64,000 bases of DNA from Geosiphon pyriformis uo1 (lineage: Eukaryota; Fungi; Glomeromycota): the NCBI GenBank assembly GCA_016748015.1, contig JAAOMT010000322.1, forward strand, positions 1 to 64,000, in the 5' to 3' direction. The translations under genes and the position numbers were made by a program. This document shows positions 26,461 through 36,493 of this stretch, in pieces. The notes beneath the pieces were generated by a model. It saw only the letters and a program-made list of their open reading frames with translations, made no database searches and had not been told where the DNA came from. Position 1 is the stretch's first letter. Each line of letters starts with the position of its first letter.

Positions 26461-28751
26461 TTTCTATTATTCACCAAGTTTACTTATAACAACACTAATA
26501 CTTAGATTCAAGTTAACAAAAAATACAGCTGTATTACACTTTATCTTATATATACCCAAGTTTTTTAATTTTTTTATTATATCAGTTAAAAAATTATTAA
26601 TTAGATTAATTTTCAATTTCACAGAATTTTGCAAAAAATAGATGAGAAACCAACTTAAAATTTGCAAATTTAAAGACTTATAATCAAACAAATAACTGAA
26701 AACTTTACTAGTATTTAAAAAACTCAACACAAAAATTGATTTACTCTTTGTTTGTACTTGCTTAAATAATTTAAAGTTATATAAAGATAAATAATAAAGA
26801 GTTTTATTAGAAAATTTTTTTGGCAAGTCCACTTTTATCTTTAAACTCTTTTTAATTAGTGTATTTTATTTGTTATATACACTTCTAAAAACAAAATTAA
26901 ACTAGATCTTGTAACTAATAATAAGTTAAAACACCACCAAAACCAGATAAAAAAACTGCTTATCCAAAATAGTTTTTTTTAAGATTATGTTAGCAAAAAA
27001 TCTGACATCCAAATGAGCTTTTTTTAAACTAGGTTTGAATAAACTTTTAAAAAACAAAAAGATATCAAAATATTTATAAGATTTTTTATTTTGTGCTATA
27101 AATATTGGCAGATCACTTATTAATAATAAGATATTCTTAACTCTTTAGTTAATAGAAATAACTACTGTTTTTTTATTGTTTATTGAAATGTTATTAATAA
27201 TAAAAAACTTACTTGTAATGTTTAAATATATTGAGTGGCAATCTGACTATTTCTTATTTAAATTGTGTTATTAATGAAAGCACCAGCCATTAGATATAAA
27301 GTCAACTTACTCTGATTTTTTATTCTGCTAGTTTTTACTACAAACTTAATATCAATATGATAACTGCACAAACTTTTATGTCTTTTGATCTTATATAGAA
27401 AAGAATTATAGAAAATTCTCTAAAGCAAAAAGGAAAAAACCTTACTTTAGTCTAAACCATTATGTACTTAGTATTTATTAATTAATCTATAATCAGTTAT
27501 AACTCAATTAATCTTATTATTGTAAATACTACCAAAAAACCTAATAAATTACTCACACATTTTAATTTGAATTAAACTATTTTTTAAATAATTGCCAATT
27601 AACAGAGTTATAAATCTTTTATATATCTTATAAAACCAGTCAAAGTTCATGATTTTTTTCTAAAACATCTCAATTATTAAGCCAACTGTAAAGATAAAAA
27701 ACTAAGTAATAATGTCTTTTAATACAAAAAAGTTGTCACTATAAAGAACATTAAATTTACTACAAGCTAAAAAAATTCTATTAGAAAAGATCTTGGAAAG
27801 AATTTTATAAACAGTCTTAATTAAAACAATTAGTTTAATATTAATTAAAATATTTTTTTATTCATAAGATTTAAGAATTATTAACATTCAAGCTTTTTTT
27901 TAAGATTAAGATACAGATTTATATACTAAACAAAAGTTCAAAAAATTCAGAAGCATAACAAAAACTGAATTATTATAATGTTTTCAAAACTCATTTCTAA
28001 TATTAAACAAACCAATAGTCTTATTATTAAGCAGGTTTTTGATTACATATATCAAATTATTATAATTAATAACACTTATAATATTGAAGAAAACAGCATT
28101 ATTAACATAAACTAGTAATAAATATTAATAATGCTACATATTAGAAATATTATTTAACACCAATTTCTTTTTTGTCTAATCTTTTATAATTATATTAACT
28201 TTAGATTTGATCTTACCAAAACTCAAAACTAGTTTATTATTAATAATCAAATAATCTAATACAACTTTTTAAAAAAAACACTCTAATACAACCCTTATTA
28301 ATAGCAAAGCTTTCTATTTATTTGTTAATAGTAAATCTAATAAGTAACTCTTCAGTCTTTAGAAATTCAGCAAATTTGGATATATAATATAATTTTCTTA
28401 TTTTAAAAAAAAAGAATTTTATATAATTAAAATTAGAATCAAAGTTCAATAAAACTTGAATACTTGAAGTATTATTATTGTCTAAAGACATACAATGGCT
28501 TATTAGAAAATTAAACTTATTATTAGTTTTATTATGTAAAGATTTAGCAATTTTTAATATCAACAATTTTAATTTATAAAACCTAGAAAATTTCTTGGTA
28601 AAGACACTATTGAAACTTTTAAATTATTTTTTTTAAACATCTTATTGGCTGATAAATTTATTATTTTACAAATAATATCTTATATTGTATCTATATCTAA
28701 GAAATTTTTAGATGCAGCAAACTCATCAAAAAACATAGCAGTATTGGTCAT

Positions 28752-29040
28752 TGTTACGGTTTAAGAATTTAGCAAAAAGAATCATAAAAATAATACAAAC
28801 TATTCAATCATAATATAGCACAGTAATAATCTTAGAAAGGTAATGATTAACATAGTAGCAAACACCATCTCGCGATAGTGGCAAGCACCAGTTCACAATA
28901 GCAGCCAACACCAACTGGTGATAGCAGCAAGCACCAGGTTGAAATATCAAAAAGAAAGTATTTTCTCATAGAACTACAAACATGTATATATACAGTAGTT
29001 TTAATATTGGGAAAGAATCAATCAAGTAATAAAAATCATA
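28752..29040 (+). repeat. 5' LTR (truncated) containing four ~23-bp tandem repeats at ~28852-28942
   Basis: Matches 35557-35642; units ATAG(T/C)(A/G)GCAA(A/G)CACCA; runs directly into mid-gag. Confidence 0.85.
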
Positions 29041-29041
29041 A

Positions 29042-32000
29042 CTTATCAAGCAAAATACCGGTGAAACTGTCACCCAATACCTTGCTCGATTCAATCGAAT
29101 TCGCCGTCAGATTGAAGCGATTGAACAAGAATACTACACTGATCCTCAGGTTTTAAATCAGTTTATTAGAGGATTAAAAAGCAGCATTTTAGGAAGAGTA
29201 CGCCCTGCCCACCCTAATTCCTTACCAGAAGCCGTTACGCTCGCCAGAGCCCTTGAATCGGCTGAGAAAGAAGCTAACCATAGTCAAATGGTTAACATGG
29301 TAATGGAGGAAAATAAGACAGAAACATTAGAGAAAAGAGANNNNNNNNNNNNNNNNNNNNNNNNNNNNNNNNNNNNNNNNNNNNNNNNNNNNNNNNNNNN
29401 NNNNNNNNNNNNNNNGCAGCCAGGAAGTCAGCGACAGTCGAAATAATCGCCCGTCGCGCCAGGAATTCAGAACAGAAACACGCGCCTGCCATTTTTGCAA
29501 ACGCGTAGGACATTTGATTAGTCAATGTCGAACGCGAATGATGCAGGAAGCACGCGAAAATAATTACTACGCGCCACCCCAAATGCCCAGAAACCAGTAC
29601 ACACCAATACCACGCCAATATCCCACCACGTATCAAAATCAAGGAGCTTACCAGCAACAGCTCATGATAGCCAACCCGAATTGGCGTCCCGAGGCCCGAA
29701 ATCAGCCCATGTGGAACCAGAACGCGTTGGTCCAGAGGAATCCAAACCGCGCCGGAACCAATCAGCAAACCAATCCAAACTACCAAAATTATCAACAAAC
29801 TTACCTTAATATACCGGAAAACCTGATCATCGGAAACAATGACAGTAGAAACATAAACAGAACCAAGAATTCCTCCAAATTGAGCCAGACAATACCACCA
29901 GCAGTTGCCACCAAAGATAGCAGCCTCGCAGCTATTTTTCCTTTTGAATTAGAGGAAAACGAGGCTATGTTCAGTGGAGCAGCATTGGACGAAAAACGCC
30001 CAATCACTGCTATGTATACGGAAGCCACTGTAAACAATACCCCAATCAAACTTATCTTAGACAGCGGATCCGCTGGAAGCATCGTAACGCTTCAACTAAT
30101 AAACCAACTGGGTTTCAAAGTTGATCGTGCTGCGACGTCCCAAATCATAACAGCCGATGGAAGTACAAAGCTGCCTTATGGCGAAATCGACTCATTCCCT
30201 TTCGAAATTAACGGCATAGTAATACCTACAAAAGTATTAGTAATGGATGCTACACAATATCAAGCGTTAGTAGGGAATGACTGGCTAACAAAAGCCAATG
30301 CCACCCTAGACTGGACCACCCAAGAGCTTCTGATCAATTATAATGGCCACCAGGCCAAAATTCCAGCCACCTGTGGCCACTTCCAAAAACCCAGTGCCAA
30401 CTAAAGATCTACCTTCGAATTTGAGGAAAATCCAGCACTACCAGCCATCGAAACCTATCAGCTCTCTTGGGCTAATGACCAAAGAACAGGACTACCAGCC
30501 GTACCAACTTGGACCAGCGAAGAAAGATCCAAATGGAACCAGGTAAGTTCACGAAGAAACCACCAGCGACGCAGACCAAAGCTAGAATGCTCGGTTTGCA
30601 AGAAGAAACTCTCGTCTATGACTGCGTGCAGCGCACCGGACGAAGACCCAAGAAACCCCACCCACTACTATTGTAACCATTGTAACAAAGAAAAATACGG
30701 TTACCCAGAAAGACACGGAAAATGGGACGAGGAACCGTGCCTCGCTTGTGGAGAACCGTTACCAAGAGGGTGCGACTGGAATGACTTACCAGGCAGAGGA
30801 GGAACGTGTGATGCAACTTGCCAATACACGATCCTCATCTGTGACTGGGTAAGAGGAGGNNNNNNNNNNNNNNNNNNNNAAGAGTCAGCCGAAGTAGCCG
30901 ACGAAGTCGCCAGCTACAACATGTTCGACCCAGTGAACGAATTCCAGGACTACTACCAACAACTATGCCCCACTCAACAAGAGCAAAAACAATACCTCGC
31001 CCAAATCAACACTTACCTCTGCGAAAACTGTCTCATCCCGTGCCAAAGTCAGTGTTGTGAAGAGTGTCAAGACGAAAGGAACTTAGAAAGAAAAATGGAA
31101 ATTGAGAATCAGCAGTCTCAAAATCAATCAATAAATCAACAAGACTCACCTGACGGTTCCGAGTCAGAAAAATTTGTAGCCTATACCGACCTAGAACAGG
31201 TGACTGACATCCGATACTTCGACAACGGGCACTTAGGAATAATACTTGAAAGAGCCCATCCAACCAACGCCGGATTCGATCTACGTTATCCGGAAGACCA
31301 ATCCACAACGTTACCACCCAGGAGCATCACCAAAATCGACCTANNNNNNNNNNNNNNNNNNNNNNNNNNNNNNNNNNNNNNNNNNNNNNNNNNNNNNNNN
31401 NNNNNNNNNNNNNNNNNNNNNNNNNNNNNNNNNNNNNNNNNNNNNNNNNNNNNNNNNNNNNNNNNNNNNNNNNNNNNNNNNNNNNNNNNNNNNNNNNNNN
31501 NNNNNNNNNNNNNNNNNNNNNNNNNNNNNNNNNNNNNNNNNNNNNNNNNNNNNNNNNNNNNNNNNNNNNNNNNNNNNNNNNNNNNNNNNNNNNNNNNNNN
31601 NNNNNNNNNNNNNNNNNNNNNNNNNNNNNNNNNNNNNNNNNNNNNNNNNNNNNNNNNNNNNNNNNNNNNNNNNNNNNNNNNNNNNNNNNNNNNNNNNNNN
31701 NNNNNNNNNNNNNNNNNNNNNNNNNNNNNNNNNNNNNNNNNNNNNNNNNNNNNNNNNNNNNNNNNNNNNNNNNNNNNNNNNNNNNNNNNNNNNNNNNNNN
31801 NNNNNNNNNNNNNNNNNNNNNNNNNNNNNNNNNNNNNNNNNNNNNNNNNNNNNNNNNNNNNNNNNNNNNNNNNNNNNNNNNNNNNNNNNNNNNNNNNNNN
31901 NNNNNNNNNNNNNNNNNNNNNNNNNNNNNNNNNNNNNNNNNNNNNNNNNNNNNNNNNNNNNNNNNNNNNNNNNNNNNNNNNNNNNNNNNNNNNNNNNNNN

Positions 32001-34791
32001 NNNNNNNNNNNNNNNNNNNNNNNNNNNNNNNNNNNNNNNNNNNNNNNNNNNNNNNNNNNNNNNNNNNNNNNNNNNNNNNNNNNNNNNNNNNNNNNNNNNN
32101 NNNNNNNNNNNNNNNNNNNNNNNNNNNNNNNNNNNNNNNNNNNNNNNNNNNNNNNNNNNNNNNNNNNNNNNNNNNNNNNNNNNNNNNNNNNNNNNNNNNN
32201 TGAGGAATTGTCACAAACAACGAGAGGAACTTTTGGTTTCGGATCGACAGGAAAAGGAATTGAAGCAAATTTTGCTGAAACAATAGAGGAAAAAGGTGAA
32301 GTAATTAAAAATGAGCGGTCCATCACACTCCTACCATATGGAAAATCAGAAATAAGAATAAAAAGGACAATTAAAGAAAAAGACCTAATATTTGAGCCCT
32401 ACCCAGAAACTTGTCAACAGTTTCTCATAGGACTTACTAACCTTTTTATTCCAGCTGATAAAGCTCAATGGATAAAAATTCTTATCGCAAACACCACAAA
32501 AGAACCCGTCTACATTCCGGAAGATACCATCATTGGATACCTCGGAACGGAGCTAGAAAACGCGTCAACACCACAAGAAATTCTAAATTTCCCAGAAATC
32601 GCCCTCTACTGTGAACTCACTTCAATAAATTGGCAACAANNNNNNNNNNNNNNNNNNNNNNNNNNNNNNNNNNNNNNNNNNNNNNNNNNNNNNNNNNNNN
32701 NNNNNNNNNNNNNNNNNNNNNNNNNNNNNNNNNNNNNNNNNNNNNNNNNNNNNNNNNNNNNNNNNNNNNNNNNNNNNNNNNNNNNNNNNNNNNNNNNNNN
32801 NNNNNNNNNNNNNNNNNNNNNNNNNNNNNNNNNNNNNNNNNNNNNNNNNNNNNNNNNNNNNNNNNNNNNNNNNNNNNNNNNNNNNNNNNNNNNNNNNNNN
32901 NNNNNNNNNNNNNNNNNNNNNNNNNNNNNNNNNNNNNNNNNNNNNNNNNNNNNNNNNNNNNNNNNNNNNNNNNNNNNNNNNNNNNNNNNNNNNNNNNNNN
33001 NNNNNNNNNNNNNNNNNNNNNNNNNNNNNNNNNNNNNNNNNNNNNNNNNNNNNNNNNNNNNNNNNNNNNNNNNNNNNNNNNNNNNNNNNNNNNNNNNNNN
33101 NNNNNNNNNNNNNNNNNNNNNNNNNNNNNNNNNNNNNNNNNNNNNNNNNNNNNNNNNNNNNNNNNNNNNNNNNNNNNNNNNNNNNNNNNNNNNNNNNNNN
33201 NNNNNNNNNNNNNNNNNNNNNNNNNNNNNNNNNNNNNNNNNNNNNNNNNNNNNNNNNNNNNNNNNNNNNNNNNNNNNNNNNNNNNNNNNNNNNNNNNNNN
33301 NNNNNNNNNNNNNNNNNNNNCAGTAAAAGAGCTAATTAAGCTCCAAAAATTAGCAAAACACTATTTCATCCAAAATCACATACTTTATTACCGGAATCGA
33401 CAAAATCCAGATAATCCATTAAGAGTTATAACCACGGATGAAAAAGAAACTATCTTATTTAACATGCACTCAGATATTCATTCAGGCCACTTTGAAAAAA
33501 CAGCAACCATCCAACGTGCAACTAGCTGTTACTATTGGCCAAAAATGAGCTCAGACATAATCCAATACATAAGAAATTGTGACCCATGCCAACGAAGAGG
33601 AGGAGCAAAAACAACGGAATTATTAAGACCAATAAAAGTTGGACAGCCATTTGACAGAATTGGAATTGATTTAGTTGGACCCTTACCAATAACAACAAAA
33701 AACAACCATTATATTGCAGTAGCCATGGACTATCTCACCAAATGGCCAGAAGCTAGAGCTATTAAAACAGCTGATGCTATTTCCGTAGCTCAATTCGTAC
33801 ATGAAGACTTAATTTGCCGACATGGATGTCCACAAGAATTGCTATCAGATCAAGGCACACACTTCGTAAACAGCACCTTAAAAGNNNNNNNNNNNNNNNN
33901 NNNNNNNNNNNNNNNNNNNNNNNNNNNNNNNNNNNNNNNNNNNNNNNNNNNNNNNNNNNNNNNNNNNNNNNNNNNNNNNNNNNNNNNNNNNNNNNNNNNN
34001 NNNNNNNNNNNNNNNNNNNNNNNNNNNNNNNNNNNNNNNNNNNNNNNNNNNNNNNNNNNNNNNNNNNNNNNNNNNNNNNNNNNNNNNNNNNNNNNNNNNN
34101 NNNNNNNNNNNNNNNNNNNNNNNNNNNNNNNNNNNNNNNNNNNNNNNNNNNNNNNNNNNNNNNNNNNNNNNNNNNNNNNNNNNNNNNNNNNNNNNNNNNN
34201 NNNNNNNNNNNNNNNNNNNNNNNNNNNNNNNNNNNNNNNNNNNNNNNNNNNNNNNNNNNNNNNNNNNNNNNNNNNNNNNNNNNNNNNNNNNNNNNNNNNN
34301 NNNNNNNNNNNNNNNNNNNNNNNNNNNNNNNNNNNNNNNNNNNNNNNNNNNNNNNNNNNNNNNNNNNNNNNNNNNNNNNNNNNNNNNNNNNNNNNNNNNN
34401 NNNNNNNNNNNNNNNNNNNNNNNNNNNNNNNNNNNNNNNNNNNNNNNNNNNNNNNNNNNNNNNNNNNATATAATTAGCTACAAAATTGGAGATAAAGTAT
34501 TGTTGCATCGTACAAAAATGGAAAAACAGTGGAGTGGAAAATTTGATCACAAGTGGGATGGACCATTTTATATTCACGAAATACTTGGAAATAGAGCATA
34601 CAAGCTAAGACTAGATGATAAAATATTAAGAAAAGCAGCACATGGTAACCGGCTGAAATTCTATTACAGTAAACCAGTAATAACAGCAAAAACACCCAGA
34701 ATTGGAACACAATTACTTTTAATTCTACCAGAACAAATTCCATGAAATTTAGAACCAATAGTTTTAATTGAACATTATTCGAAAAGATAAT
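29042..34791 (+). pseudogene. Gag-Pol: gag 3' half with CCHC knuckle, aspartic protease, Cys-rich insert, dUTPase, (RT/RNase H not visible, N gap), integrase
   Basis: Gag KQNTGETVTQY..FIRGL; CHFCKRVGHLISQC (29487); LILDSGS (~30055); dUTPase AGFDL (~31270) and RGTFGFGSTG (~32223); integrase H..H/CDPC, GIDLVGP, SDQG, WDGPF; in-frame stops at 30402 and 34743. Confidence 0.88.
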
Positions 34792-34874
34792 TAATCTTAG
34801 ATCACAGCAAAAATGATTTAACAACCATAAAAACACATGCAAAAGATTCCAAAATAACATTCAAAATTAAAACA

Positions 34875-35543
34875 ATGATACTTATTCCAGAAAACATCAA
34901 CAATATAACTCAACAATTAGTTGAAAGCTTACAACAATTAAAATCCGATCTAGAAATCACAGTTAATAGCTCCAAAATAACATACATAAAAAGAACAATA
35001 GAAAATCCAAAAACAAGAAAAGAACATAATTTCGAACCATATAATATTGCCAAATATAACAACAAATTTATTAGCAAAGTTATTGAAAAATTAGAGATAG
35101 CATTGGGCAATACATTAATAATGGAAGAAATAGAAATAAGTGAATTAATACCAGACACATTTAGCAACTTGAAAACGAAATTCCCAATTAATTACTGTTA
35201 TTATCAACTAGGAAAACACTTGAACATACAAACATTATACTCAAAAGACTCAACTAGAGTGTTTGACAAAACAACTATCCAACTATTAGAACCTTTTATT
35301 AGAAAAACCAACACTACATTCCATTCAAAAACAGTTTACAGAATTTTCAAAGCATTTGAAAACTGTCACAAATTATTGTTGGATCCAACCATGAACATAA
35401 TAACAACCAACAGTATTGGACGACTTACCAACTCGCAATTTCAAGAATTACAACAACAAATTAATAACACAGTATTGAACCACTATAGTAACTTAGAATT
35501 TAATGAAGAAATTAACTTCGATTTCGACGGAGCTCAATCTTGA
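34875..35543 (+). CDS. Gypsy accessory ORF3, 222 aa, unknown function
   Basis: Uninterrupted ORF with AAAACAATGA start context, between integrase and PPT; no obvious signal peptide or TM segment. Confidence 0.7.
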   Translation: MILIPENINNITQQLVESLQQLKSDLEITVNSSKITYIKRTIENPKTRKEHNFEPYNIAKYNNKFISKVIEKLEIALGNTLIMEEIEISELIPDTFSNLKTKFPINYCYYQLGKHLNIQTLYSKDSTRVFDKTTIQLLEPFIRKTNTTFHSKTVYRIFKAFENCHKLLLDPTMNIITTNSIGRLTNSQFQELQQQINNTVLNHYSNLEFNEEINFDFDGAQS

Positions 35544-35556
35544 AAGGAGGGGATAA
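35542..35556 (+). promoter_or_regulatory. Polypurine tract
   Basis: GAAAGGAGGGGATAA immediately before the 3' LTR TG. Confidence 0.85.
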
Positions 35557-36493
35557 TGTTATGGTTTAAGAATTTAGCAAAAAGAATCATAAAAATAATA
35601 CAAACTATTCAATCATAATATAGCACAGTAATAATCTTAGAANNNNNNNNNNNNNNNNNNNNNNNNNNNNNNNNNNNNNNNNNNNNNNNNNNNNNNNNNN
35701 NNNNNNNNNNNNNNNNNNNNNNNNNNNNNNNNNNNNNNNNNNNNNNNNNNNNNNNNNNNNNNNNNNNNNNNNNNNNNNNNNNNNNNNNNNNNNNNNNNNN
35801 NNNNNNNNNNNNNNNNNNNNNNNNNNNNNNNNNNNNNNNNNNNNNNNNNNNNNNNNNNNNNNNNNNNNNNNNNNNNNNNNNNNNNNNNNNNNNNNNNNNN
35901 NNNNNNNNNNNNNNNNNNNNNNNNNNNNNNNNNNNNNNNNNNNNNNNNNNNNNNNNNNNNNNNNNNNNNNNNNNNNNNNNNNNNNNNNNNNNNNNNNNNN
36001 NNNNNNNNNNNNNNNNNNNNNNNNNNNNNNNNNNNNNNNNNNNNNNNNNNNNNNNNNNNNNNNNNNNNNNNNNNNNNNNNNNNNNNNNNNNNNNNNNNNN
36101 NNNNNNNNNNNNNNNNNNNNNNNNNNNNNNNNNNNNNNNNNNNNNNNNNNNNNNNNNNNNNNNNNNNNNNNNNNNNNNNNNNNNNNNNNNNNNNNNNNNN
36201 NNNNNNNNNNNNNNNNNNNNNNNNNNNNNNNNNNNCATCAGGCAATTGCAAGGATAGCCTCAGAGAAGACCCCAGACAGTGGGTAGATTTCAGTTCAGCC
36301 TCTGAGAAGGAGTACATAAACACACACAACAATCAAGAATTAAAGAATAACTTACATTGCAACAGTAAAAAGAAAGCCTTCAGTATAACAGTGACATTAT
36401 CACACAAATAGAATTGAGGAACTCACGAAAGACTGATTGCAATTAAAGCGGGATATCAGTAATTAAATATAACAAGAAAACCATCCCGTAACA
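35557..36493 (+). repeat. 3' LTR (partly N)
   Basis: Starts TGTTATGG, ends CCGTAACA, followed by TSD TCAT. Confidence 0.9.

Larger units (their letters stand above)
28752..36493 (+). mobile_element. Ty3/Gypsy LTR retrotransposon with dUTPase and an extra 3' ORF
   Basis: Termini TGTTACGG...CCGTAACA; 4-bp TSD TCAT (28748-28751 and 36494-36497); the first ~86 bp of the two LTRs differ by one C>T; PPT; gag-PR...IN order with GPF motif. Confidence 0.93.

Noticed and set aside
32640-33320. Claim that the Gypsy element lacks RT/RNase H
   Set aside because: The region is an N gap. Gap sizes are unreliable (the dUTPase gap is longer than needed, this one shorter), so absence cannot be inferred.
34470-34791. 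Chromodomain on integrase
   Set aside because: Only a short tail follows the GPF module; no chromodomain aromatic pattern
34875-35543. env gene
   Set aside because: No signal peptide, TM anchor or clear furin site
31246-36332. Long ORFs made mostly of X
   Set aside because: Artefacts of N gaps; frames cannot be joined across them
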